DNA of 64,000 nt from NCBI RefSeq assembly GCF_006345805.1, contig NC_042997.1, positions 40,238,001 through 40,302,000 of the forward strand, in the 5' to 3' direction. Under the pieces are notes generated by a model. It saw only the letters and a list, made by a program, of their open reading frames with translations. It was not told the DNA's origin and did no database searches. Below, piece after piece: positions 41,190 to 52,749 of the stretch. Source of the DNA: Octopus sinensis. Taxonomy: Eukaryota. The translations under genes were made by a program, and so were the position numbers. The first letter of the stretch is position 1. Every line of letters begins with the position of its first letter.

Positions 41190-42310
41190 ACTATGTGGGA
41201 GGGCGAGATCTATCTCTGTTCTATGTAGTATATTCAGCACTTTATGTCTTGACAGACGGTCTAAGCAGCGGAGAATATCTTAGTTAAGTACTCGTAATCT
41301 TCTTCCTGCAGCACCTCTCATGACCGATCCTTCGTATGCCTGATGAGCAAGTTCTGCTGCAAAACCTGCAAGTGAGGAAAGTGCTGCAGGTCTGCGGTGT
41401 GTTACCTTTCTTTCTTTGGCGTTTTGTTTCGAGAGCCAGGATGTTTTCTTCCTCGAGTTGTTTGACTCCTTTGTCAACTGAAGTGTTTCATGCTGTTCTG
41501 TCTTCAGTTAATTTTCCCCAAGTTTTTGCATCGATCAGGCTGCTCTTTCATGTGCACTTCAATCTTGAGTCTGCTACCCCGAGCATACTTGCCATATAAC
41601 AACTACTTGCGAATTCTGTTGTCATCCGTCCGCTTCACAAGTCCAAGCTATCTCAGTCTCCTTTTGAACAGAATAGCTATCATGCTCCGAAATGCTGCTT
41701 GTTTCAGACTTCTGTGTTGGTTACTTTCTCTTGCCATGTGATGCCAAGGATCTTGCGCAAGCATCTCAGATGGAGGTCATTGGCTTACTTCTCTTTTCTG
41801 GCATATAGGGCCCAGATCTCTGATCCAAAGAGGAGAATGCTCAGTATGCATGCATCATAAACCCTAATGCTGGGTTCCACTGTGAGCATCTTGTTTTTCC
41901 ATGCTCTTTTGCCGCGTCTACCAAAGGCTGTAGCAGATTTTCGCATCTTGACTCATAGTTCGTAGTCTAAGGAGGTCGACGAAGTCATTGTGGACCCGAG
42001 ATAGCAAAATTTCTTTGCAACCTCCAGAGGCTTGTTATCCAGCATGATGTTAGCTTGAGCTGTGCTATCTTGTATGAATGATTGCTTCTTGACGCTGATT
42101 ACAAGAGAAAATGCTTTGCAGTCTTGTGAAAAGTGTTCCATCATTGAATGAAGAATCAACTCGTTTTGAGCAACCAGTGCTGCGTAGGAGATCTCTGATA
42201 AAAATTGACTTGGTCATGGCTTTTCGCCTGAGGCGTGCAAGATTGAAAAGGGAACATTCTCCTGTGAAGGCAGACATTTCCGTCCACATTTAGGGCAATT
42301 CGACCTGGCA
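41190..42310 (-). mobile_element. RTE-clade LINE 3' remnant
   Basis: Translation ..FSQDCKAFSLVISVKK..LEVAKKFCYLGST..., CILSILLFGSEIW, LHLRCLRKILGITWQEKVTNTEV, typical of RTE/BovB ORF C-termini. Confidence 0.8.
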
Positions 42311-42880
42311 AAATCTCATTCTCTTTAATCAATACCAATAAGGGTTATTGAAATAAGAACTGCAAAAAACAACGTACACGCTAAATTTAAGGTTCTCCGC
42401 TACTTATATGATAACCGCTCCTACCCTAGGGTACATATTCAAAGTTATGTGAAATAAGTTATTTAACAGTTAAATATATTGATCAACGGAACCACAAATC
42501 ATTGTTTACCTTATGGATCGCTGACTACATTTTTATTGAAGCCATGCACCTACCATTGTCAGACTGCAAGTATCTTGTTCGTTAATTATGGATGATTTTG
42601 AAGATAATGTGTTACTGAAAAAAGCAACATATTCATAATTATTTGCATAGGAGAAGCATTGCTTGACGATTCCAACTTTATATGCTATATCTACGACATT
42701 GCTCTACAAGCAGCCATCACAAAAAGACGTGTTAGATAAAGTAAAGCTAAATCTAATGTTCTCATCGCGTTAAGCATCTCACTGTGGCTATCTACAGCCT
42801 GAAGCAGTTAGATTGATATTAAAAATCTTTGGTTATGGAATCAGTCGGACAATAATAAATGCAAATAAACCATATATCCG

Positions 42881-43066
42881 TAGAAGTGGCTGTGTGGTAA
42901 GCAGCTTGCTTACCAGCCACATGGTTCCGGGTTCAGTCCCACTGCGTCGCACCTTGGGCAAGTGTCTTCTACTATAGCCTCGGGCCGACCAAAGCCTTGT
43001 GAGTGGATTTGGTAGACAGAAACTGAAAGAAGCCCGTCGTATATATGTGTATATATATATATATAT

Positions 43067-43105
<39 letters not shown>

Positions 43106-43326
43106 TTCTGTGTCTGTGTTTGTCCCCAACATCGCTTGACAACTGATGCTGGTGTGTTTACGTCCCCGTAACTTAGCGGTTCGGCAAAAGATACCGATAG
43201 AATAAGTACTAGGCTTACAAAGAATAAGTCCTGGGGGTCGATTTGTTCGACTAAAAGGCGGTGCTCCAACATGGCCATAGTCAAATGACTGAAACAAGTA
43301 ACAGAGTAAAAATAGAGTAAAAGAGT
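42881..43326 (+). mobile_element. SINE family A
   Basis: Match to other copies. Confidence 0.9.
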
Positions 43327-44337
43327 ATATCCATCGATCACTAGTTAAAATACTGGTGGATTCTGTCATCAGGAACTTTTTAGCCTGGATATTACTGCTA
43401 AAAAGTGCTATGTCTTGGTTATATATGTGTGTCTTGTTTCAGAAGGAAAACCATTACTTTATTTCCCTACTGAAATTACAAAAATGTAACGAAACATTTA
43501 TCGTTTCTTCTACTTTACTAATTGAAATAGAGAGAAAAAAAATGACTCGTATTGGAATGGCTTCATTACTTTTTTTCTAATTTCGAGTCGATTTTACTGG
43601 TTATCCCTCTAGGATCGACAAAATAGTTGTTCGGTTATATGCTATGGATAGATTAATTTAACCATACATACTAGCTTTTTTGACAAAAAGTGATGATGTT
43701 TCTAGTCAAAGAAAAGCAATAATTAACAATTTACCCATTTTCCAACCACCATTTTGTTTTTTGTTATCAAAAACAATATCTCTGTTATAAAATTGAAATG
43801 ATTGAGTGATACGAAGGTACTTAATGAAATTTTCTATTCGGTGATTAGTTTTCATTAGAACAGTCTAAGACTTTTAATGAGGTTGAAAGCCTCTAGCGCA
43901 TATTCGAGCTGTGTAACATACTTGTGTGTGTGTGTGTGTCAGTGAGTGAGTGAATGGGTATTGATTAAAGTCGAGGAGAGGTGTAGAAGATTAGGTGGCA
44001 CATTTCTATTGCAGCTAATTGTTTTAATGAATCCGCCATATTATGTGTTGCGAAATTTCAAGATGTTTCAGAAACAACATAAAAGAATTGATTGGTTGAT
44101 TGATTAATTACAGGTAGTTCGTCGTACGTTAATTATTAAACAGTTTTGTTTCCTAACTTCAATATAAGAATCTAAATATAATTAAAAACTAGGTTTCTAT
44201 CAATACAACTGGTGGAATCTTATGTTCAAATATTTCGCCTGGTTCGTCAAATGGTTGCGTTCGAATTACATGCTTCAGTTCCTACAAATCTTCACTTGAA
44301 ACCATATTCGTTTGAAGAATACTCTATTTTGTATAAA

Positions 44338-44731
44338 CTAGCAGTATCGCCCGGCGTTGCTCGGGTTTGTAAGGGAAATAACTATATAAGCATTTTTAGA
44401 GATGTAAAGTATAATAGCCATCTCAATATGGCTAACCACAAAGGGGGGTGTTACTGTAGCTTTTTACGTTCTGAGATTTAATAATACATTTTTAGAGAGT
44501 TACTTTCCTTATATAACAGCAAAAAAATGCATTAAAAATGGGAAAAAATTATGGTAAATTTTTTTTAAATCGTAGACTCATCGTTGGCGCGCGCTAATAC
44601 CCAGGAGGGCTCGATATGAATCACGACTATAAGATACCCGCTTTTGGTTACATTGCACAGCAAAATGTGGGAGTAGTTAGGAATCTAAATCGTAGTAGAC
44701 AGACACACAACTTCACTTTTATATATAAAGA
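44338..44731 (-). mobile_element. Non-autonomous Helitron H1 copy 2
   Basis: Reverse complement of 154-552 with the same TC and CTAG termini. Confidence 0.85.
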
Positions 44732-44930
44732 TTTAGCATAAATTAAAAAAAAGGTCTTATTTATCTGTTTATTGACTACATACATATGTACATACATACA
44801 TGCACACACATACATATATATATATATAACGAAGGGTGCCGAAGCACCTACATTGCTAGAACTAAGATTTTAAAGTCTTTTCATGCTGCACGAAGTGCAC
44901 AATGTAAGTACACATAACCGTCTCTAGAAT

Positions 44931-44979
44931 CACCAGATTAGGTCTACTTTAACCTATTCCATAGGCTTCATCAGTAGTG
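44931..44979 (-). ncRNA. Degenerate type I hammerhead ribozyme
   Basis: CACTA-CTGATGA-A-GCCTAT-GGA-ATAGGT-TAAA-GTAGACCTAA-TC-TGGTG; stems I and II intact, GAAA mutated. Confidence 0.6.
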
Positions 44980-45033
44980 ACTGCTCAAACAGTCTCTGGA
45001 TTGGATAAGTTCGTCTGCCAGTATATATATATA

Positions 45034-45431
45034 TCTTTATATATAAAAGTGAAGTTGTGTGTCTGTCTCCTACGATTTAGATTCCTAACTACTCCCACAT
45101 TTTGCGGTGCAGTTTAACCAAAACCGGGTATCTTATAGTCGTGATTCATATCGAGCCCTTCTGGATATTAGCGAGCGTCTACGATAAGTCTACGATTAAA
45201 AAAAAAAATTGCCATCATTTTTTTCCATTTTAATAATTGTTTTCGCTATTATATAAGGGAAGTAACTCTCTAAAAATGTCTACGATGAGTCAACGATTTA
45301 AAAAAAAAATTACCATCATTTTTTTTTCATTTTTAATGCATTTTTTTGCTATTTTTTGGCTATAACTCTCTAAAAATGCTTATATAGTTATTTCCCTTAC
45401 AAACCCGAGCAACGCCGGGCGATACTGCTAG
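45034..45431 (+). mobile_element. Non-autonomous Helitron H1 copy 3
   Basis: Same termini as copy 1; carries an internal duplication instead of the segment in copies 1 and 2. Confidence 0.85.
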
Positions 45432-45710
45432 TTTACTATAAAAAGTTATGACTGATTTAGCGAAATGCTAATGCGTAAAGTAAAAATTAATATAAACAGC
45501 TACTCGCAATGTAATACCATAAAGGAAAAATTTAATCATCACTAAGTGTGACTAAGGTTGCCGAAGCGCCTACATTGCAAGAAGTAAGAGTTAAAAACTC
45601 TCAATGCTGTAAGAAAAACGCAATATATATATACTCTGGCAGGAGAATTTATGGTGAAGATATATATACTAGCAGATGAAATTAGCCAAACTATCAACCG
45701 TTTCAGCAGT

Positions 45711-45759
45711 TAATACTGAAGGTGCCTACAGAACAGGCGAAACCAAACTTAGTCTGGTG
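45711..45759 (+). ncRNA. Degenerate type I hammerhead ribozyme, paralogue of 44931-44979
   Basis: TAATA-CTGAAGG-T-GCCT..AGGC-GAAA-CCAAACTTAG-TC-TGGTG; GAAA intact, A9 changed to G. Confidence 0.55.
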
Positions 45760-45943
45760 ATTCTAGAGACGGTCATGGAGTGGATATCTCTCCTGTCAGT
45801 GTGTATATAATGCGCTCTTCTTAGAACATTAAGAGATTTTAACTCTTATTTCTAGCAATGTAAGTGCTTCGGCACCCTTAGTCATACTTAGTGACTTTTA
45901 AAAATTTCCTCTGTGGTATTACGTTGTGGTATTACGTTTAAGT

Positions 45944-46167
45944 AAGGCGGCGAGCTGGCAGAAACTTAGCGCGCCGGACGAATACTTAGCGGTATTTCGT
46001 CTGTCGTTACGTTCTGATTCAATTCCGCGGGGTCGACTTTGCCTTTCATCCTCTCGGGGTCGATAAATAAAGTACCGTTACGCACTGGGTCGATGTAATC
46101 GACTTAATACGCTATGTCTGTCTTGTTTGTCCCCTCTGGTGTAGCCCCTTGTGGGTAATAAAGAATA
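45944..46167 (+). mobile_element. SINE family B1 with TSD
   Basis: 13-bp TSD GGTATTACGTTTA at 45928-45940 and 46168-46180. Confidence 0.85.
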
Positions 46168-46238
46168 GGTATTACGTTTATGGTATTACATGCGCCACAT
46201 ACACATACTACACCGTATATGCATGGACATACAAATAT

Positions 46239-46952
46239 ATGCATATAAATATCAAGGTAAGAATACCTATAAATGATAATACTATTTTAGATAATAATAT
46301 TAACTACAATAATGATAGAGTTTTTTTAGATAATAACAATAATCAAAATCATGATAAATTTACCCACTCTGCTTCGAGCAACAGTAATATAAGACTTCTA
46401 TCCTCAAGTTATTCCACCTCTAATTATAATGCCCCTAGATGTAATTGCAGAATTAAATCAAAATGCCCGGCCCCTGATTTATGCGGGTTAATTAACATAA
46501 TCTACAAGTGCTCCGTAACCACAGATAATAATAAGTTCTCTTATGTTGGATGTACTGTAAATTTTAAACAGAGATTGAATAACCATCTCTCATCCTTTAA
46601 ATTACGTCATAAAGCTGATAGCACCACTCTTTCTAGTAAAATTTGGGAACTAAAAAACAATAATATCAAATATAACCTTAATTGGGAATTAGTCAGAAGA
46701 GCAAAACCCTATAAAAATAGCAGAGTAGGTTGCCAACTTTGCTCCATGGAAGCATTTGAAATACTAATGTATAGAAATAATGGAGAAATTCAATTAAACA
46801 GCAGAATTGAACTTGGAAATCTTGTATACATGCTCGAGTTAAGACTCTTAAATATTTTAAATGATATTTTAAATGATATCTCAATTGATAACTGTATACT
46901 GGAATCACTTTGCATAAATTTTCACTTTGACTTACATATCACTCCTACATAG
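46239..46952 (+). CDS. GIY-YIG endonuclease of Penelope-like type, no RT in the ORF
   Basis: CNCRxxxxCP..LC, IIYKC..YVGCT.NFKQRLNNH..SF, STTLSSKIWELK, CQLC..E..EI, LNSRIEL; first ATG at 46239; Asn-rich N-terminus; probable frameshift near 46822. Confidence 0.75.
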   Translation: MHINIKVRIPINDNTILDNNINYNNDRVFLDNNNNQNHDKFTHSASSNSNIRLLSSSYSTSNYNAPRCNCRIKSKCPAPDLCGLINIIYKCSVTTDNNKFSYVGCTVNFKQRLNNHLSSFKLRHKADSTTLSSKIWELKNNNIKYNLNWELVRRAKPYKNSRVGCQLCSMEAFEILMYRNNGEIQLNSRIELGNLVYMLELRLLNILNDILNDISIDNCILESLCINFHFDLHITPT

Positions 46953-47557
46953 TATATTATATATTTAACTAGAAAGATAAGATCTAACTAGCTATGATTA
47001 TAATTTCTCTCTCTGATGGTACTATTTAATACTTATTGATCTAAATTATTTGATTTATTTCTATTGGACCATATTATTAATAATTTAAATTTTGCTCTAT
47101 TTTTATCTCCATTTCTTAGTCTATTTTTTAACCCATATATAAATATTAGTTAGTTAAATCTCTTAGTTTCTTTTACATTAATTAATTCTGCTAATCCCAG
47201 ACCTATCGTAGTGTATTGTGATGTGATATAATATAATATAAAATAATATAATATAATATAGTGTAGTGTATTATAGTATAGTATAATAATAATATAATTG
47301 TTTAATTTCATTAAAAAACAACCCCATTTTTCTTTCCTTTCTAATGACCTCTCATTGTAACCTGACAATCTATTAATAGTAACATTTATAAATAAAGAAA
47401 TAAATTGTTGACCTCAGTTCGAATTTTGCACTAAACAAGCTTAGATTTTCTGGTAGTATCAACTTGTGTCCATCCCCTTAGCTTCCCCTTTCCTTTCTCT
47501 TTGATAGCTTTAATAGCAGTAACTGACTGAATTCTACTCCCTTCCTCCTCTCTCTGT

Positions 47558-48008
47558 GATTCTTGTAAAATTCATTAACAACCTGCAACTCTACAATATA
47601 AGACTGTCATTTTGCTTCTCATTCGGATTCCCTGATATTTTCGCATGATTGTACCCTAAATCTCTTCACAAAACTGGATTATGAACTATAAGGACATGCA
47701 CATATTCTGTAAGTTCAAGACTTTTCATCGGATCTCCAAGAATCGAACTTATCTGCGATTCTTGTAAATTTCAATAACAATCTGTTCCTCTACACGATAT
47801 GACAGTCACTTTGCTTTTACTCAGACTTTCCTCTACATGATATGGCAGTCACTTTGCCTCTTACTCGGATTTTCAGAAATTTTGCATGACTGTATCCGAA
47901 AATTTCTTCACACAACTTGATTAAAAATTCAATATGAGCTATATGTAGACATGCACAAATTCTGTAAGTTTAAAACCTTTCATCGGATCTCCATGAATCG
48001 AACTTTCT
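47558..48008. repeat. Diverged ~200-bp tandem duplication
   Basis: GATTCTTGTAAA at 47558 and 47757; TTCTGTAAGTT..TTTCATCGGATCTCCA.GAATCGAACTT ends both units; second unit has an internal duplication. Confidence 0.7.
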
Positions 48009-48078
48009 TCAATGCAGTTAATCTTACAACCTCTTTTGTATCTACCCCTTTTGATGTTTGGGAATTCTCTGATGTTGT

Positions 48079-48167
48079 TTTCGGCTGACGAGTACGAGCC
48101 ATCTGTATTCACTGCATTTTTTTGTAGCTTATTAAAGATGTCCTCGTACGAAACGATCGTACCGAGA
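48079..48167 (+). ncRNA. Type I hammerhead ribozyme, apparently intact
   Basis: Stem I TTTCGG/CCGAGA; CTGACGA 48085-91; stem II GTACGAG/CTCGTAC; GAAA 48150-53; palindromic stem III CGATCG; GUA cleavage triplet ending at 48161. Confidence 0.8.
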
Positions 48168-48332
48168 TTTTAATCCATTCTTGTTGCTTTTTTCCTATTT
48201 GTAATCACCCCACTTGTCGTATGGTTAACACCATATAGATTTCCGGTGCATCCTAGTTAAGGACCATATTCATGTGAATTCTTTAGAATTCACTTGAATC
48301 TCAATTACTTAACCGTATATATATATATATAT

Positions 48333-48364
<32 letters not shown>

Positions 48365-48369
<5 letters not shown>

Positions 48370-48945
48370 TATATTCCTTCCAGAAGAGGTTTTCGGTTGG
48401 TCGTGCAACCATTTATGCACCACTTCCTTCACATCTTCATCCGTACGAAATCGATGACCTCGGAAACCATCTTTGAGCGGTTCAAAGATATGATAGTCGG
48501 AAGGGGCGCGATCTTGGCTGTAGACAGGGCGTTCCAGCACCTCAAAACCCATTTGTTTAATGTTTTCAACGGTCTTGGCTGCCGTGTGTGGGCATGCATT
48601 GTGATACAACAACAAAACTTTCTTCAGCAATTGGCTTCGGGGTTTGATGCGAATTACTGGCTTCAGGTTCTTGGCCAGCAAAGCACTGTATCTTGCATTG
48701 TTGATCGTACACACCTTTTCCAGAGAAATCGGATCACAGCTCTTTGTTTTTAGTTACTGCATATTGCTAGTGGAGCGGTTATGCTTACACTGTAAAGCCA
48801 GAAAGAAAAATGGCGCGATCAGGTTCAAACTTCGATTACGTGACTACGATAGTACCAACTATAAGCACGCATGCGCAGAAGGCAGTGTAACAATAATAAA
48901 GATATGTTATGGCGAAAGTAGTGCTAATTTTTAACGTCCCACATG
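48365..48945 (-). mobile_element. Internally deleted mariner transposon
   Basis: VLLLYHNACPHTA (HDNARPH), ERPVYSQDRAPSDYHIF (HPPYSPDLAPSDF), GHRFRTDEDVKE; N-terminal QRAVIRFL joined directly to the C-terminal catalytic region. Confidence 0.85.
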
Positions 48946-49020
48946 TATATATATATATATGTCTATGTATGTGTATATATATATATATATATAAATATAT
49001 ATATATATACATATATACAT

Positions 49021-49068
<48 letters not shown>

Positions 49069-49175
49069 TACGAGGGTGTGCTGAAAATTTCCTGGTGTGA
49101 AGGGCGAAGGGCGTGATTAGAGGCCCAACTTTCGAGTTCTTTTACAGGGTTTAGAAAAACTGAAGGACCACTTTT
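49069..49175. mobile_element. Partial mariner-type MITE
   Basis: TACGAGGGTGTGCTGAAAATTTCCTGG TIR; reverse of the 11321 family. Confidence 0.6.
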
Positions 49176-49828
49176 TAGTAGAGTACCTATTTATTCATCT
49201 TCTCAATGGGAAAAAAAAGTAACAATGATTCGAAACTGATTAGCTTACTGTCGTCATATTAAACTTCGAAGTCACTGTCAAGATTTTCCTTGAGAATCTC
49301 TCTCTATATATATATACATATGAGTATATTATGTATGTTTGGACATACACATGCACACACATACATACATATATTACATATGCGCGTTTTGTTTATAATG
49401 TCACACTGTTTTAGAACACGTCTATTGATTTTAGCCAACATTGTACGTAACAGACATCGGTAAATATTTTGGCTAGATCTTCGTCGACGGTAAAAGGAGA
49501 AGCTTTTAAACTGACTAGGGAGAAAGTACTTATAATTCCACTGTTACTAAAGCTTTGTGTAAATCGGATAATTCGGAATGACAAAGAAACAAAGAACTGT
49601 TAACATAGCATAGCACTACAAAAACGATTAAAAAAATAACGTATTATATAAAGGTTTTTCAACCATTTTTATAAGTCTTTTTCAATCATTTTTTTTTACG
49701 TATAGCCTCCTTTGATTCTTATTTTAGTCGGATGGACTGTCATGGCCATTCGATGTTTAAAAACCAATAAATGTTTCTATAATTAAATATTTCTAGGAAT
49801 TGTATTAAAAAATTGTTGAAATATTTTT

Positions 49829-49999
49829 AGGCATAGGAGTGGCTGTGTGGTAAGTTGCTTGTTTACTAACCACATGGTTCCGGGTTCAGTCCCACTGCGT
49901 GGCACCTTGTGCAAGTTATTCTACTATAGCCTCGGGCTGACCAAAGCTTTGTGAGTGGATTTGGTAGACGGAAACTGAAAGAAGCCCGTCGTGTATATG

Positions 50000-50041
<42 letters not shown>

Positions 50042-50250
50042 ATATGTTTGTGTGTCTGTGTTTGTCCTCCAACAAACCGATGCTGTTGTGTTTACGTCGC
50101 CGTAACTTAGCGGTTCGGCAAAAGAGACCGATACAATAAGGCTTACACTAGGCTTACAAAGAGTAAGTCCTGGGGTCGATTTGTTCAAATAAAGGCGGTG
50201 CTCCAGCATGGCCACAGTCACATGAATGAAACAAGTAAAAGAGTAAAGAG
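49829..50250 (+). mobile_element. SINE family A
   Basis: Match to other copies. Confidence 0.9.
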
Positions 50251-51024
50251 TATCTATTATAGAAGTGTAATCAGTTTATTGCAGGTAAATTTTAACAACA
50301 AAATCTTATATTGACCTCCCTAGAGTCAAATGGACCCCGATTGAGAACTACTGAATTGAACCATTAATCATAACAGGTCTCAATAATAAACGGTAGCTCA
50401 ACGATTAGTTTAATAGAATACTCGGTTTCTTATGAAATCGTATCATAAAATGGAAACTATCGCAACTCATCCTTCATTTCTTCTTCGACAATATGGCACT
50501 AGTATATATAAAAACAAGGTGTTTACAACTGTCTATTATATAGATAATGTTGCCTAAGCTCTATAGATACATTCTTGTAGCCCGGTATAGTATAACAGAA
50601 CACCCATTCACGCGTGCACAAAATCACACACGTACGCACACACACATACACACATGTATACACACAAAGAAATTATACGAACGATTTAACTATTCATATG
50701 TATTGTATGCTTTTTGCGATTGAATTTCATTGCCAGTTTAATTTCCGTATCAAAAAAGGAATGGAAGATCAATTAACAGATGGTATCATATAAACTCGAT
50801 ATTTGAATCACTCACTCACTCACTCTCTCTCTCTCCCTCTTTCTCTCTCTTTCTCTTTCTTTCTCTCTACTACATACCTGCATACTCACACACAGTCACA
50901 CACGAACCCACATATATATATACACATAAACATATATACATAGACACACGCATATATACACACACATACACGCACACTCATACACAAACTCAAATATAAA
51001 CCCACAATTAGAGCCACGTGGCCG

Positions 51025-51127
51025 CACATTGATATGTATGTATGTATGTATGTATGCATGTATGTATGTATTTATGTATATATGTATGCATGTATGTATG
51101 TGTGTTTGTATGCATGCTACATGCATG

Positions 51128-51158
<31 letters not shown>

Positions 51159-51160
51159 AT

Positions 51161-51206
<46 letters not shown>

Positions 51207-51295
51207 GTATGTATATATATATGTATATATATATAATATATTTGTATATATATATTATACATGTATATATATATATATATATATATTATAGATGT

Positions 51296-51355
<60 letters not shown>

Positions 51356-51379
51356 GATAGATAGATAGTAGATAGATAG

Positions 51380-51420
<41 letters not shown>

Positions 51421-51440
51421 TAGATAGATAGATAGATATA
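51025..51440. repeat. Compound (TATG)n/(TA)n/(GATA)n microsatellite
   Basis: Direct inspection. Confidence 0.95.
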
Positions 51441-51809
51441 GGCAAACAATTTTTTTTTTTTAATTTTTTCAAATTAAAAACATATTCCATTACAAATTAG
51501 ATTTCAACTTCAATTTCAAATATCGCCAGTTAGCTATAAATTGAATTCTTAGTTCAAATACAGATTCGTAATTAAGAAACTTCATTTGCTATCTCTGTCT
51601 AACTATTTCCACCTCACCGTTTCATTTTGCTTCTTTCTTTCTATCGTTTTTTTTCTTAATTTATGGTTTCTTTTCTATTCTTTGGTTTCTTTCCTTTTTT
51701 TCTTCCTTTGTATTTGATATTTTAAAAATTATTTCCTTAAATAAAAATATCCGAAATATTCATAATTAAATGATCATGCTCTCTGTATCTCTCACTTTGT
51801 TTGATTGTT

Positions 51810-51853
<44 letters not shown>

Positions 51854-52291
51854 TTTCTCTCACTCTTTCGTCTCTTTCTGTATTCTTTTAAGTTTTCTTC
51901 ACCTGTTTCAGTCTTAAAACGTCGACTACTAACAACACTTACAGATTTATGCTCCGAGCATATCCCTTCATCTGGCTCTAAACAAGTAATAAGCGTAGTT
52001 CATTTTAAAAGATCTTTCTCGCTATATTTATCACCTTTTGATGTCTCAGGTGCAAAACTTTACTATGTTGCCAGAGATATCATTAAAATCTCCTTCAAAC
52101 CAAACCCCACTGACTTAAATAAGGCAAGCTCATGTGTAATCTAGTTTTACTCACATCTAAAGAGACGCTATACTCACGGCTGAGATGCTTTGCTTGATCT
52201 GGACTGATCTGGGGCTAAATATCAATAATACATTGCTTACGTACTATGTTGTTGTTCATTTTATTCTTTCTTGCTCCTATCACTGGAATAG

Positions 52292-52583
52292 TTCCTTTTT
52301 CCTTTTCGAGCCACGCCTGGCTCATTAGGGCCGGTTTCCCGGTTTCCTTGGCGTATAGGTTCCCCACCTGGACGGCCGCCGGTCCGTCGCAGGTGAGCTG
52401 CAAGATGCAGGAGGAAAAAGTGAGAGAAAGTTGTGACGAAAGAGTCAGCAGAAGTTCGCCATTACCTTCTGCTGGAGCCGCTTGGAGATTAGGTGTTTCG
52501 CTCATAAACACACACCTCCCGGTCTGAGATTCGAACCCTCGACCGCGAGTCCGCTGCTCTAACCACTAGGCCATGTGCCTCCA
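52292..52583 (-). mobile_element. SINE with family C head and an alternative 3' tail, with TSD
   Basis: 15-bp TSD CTATCACTGGAATAG at 52277-52291 and 52584-52598. Confidence 0.8.
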
Positions 52584-52749
52584 CTATCACTGGAATAGAA
52601 CAGAGGGTGACGTAATCACAATCCACCTTCCGAAGCTTAATGGGAATTTCCTAGGAGAGTCGCTCTATAAACCCATTGTTCCATGGTTATTCTGTCTCTG
52701 CTTAGTAAGTAACCACACGGCTCAGTCAAGCATGAAGTGTTTCATTGTG

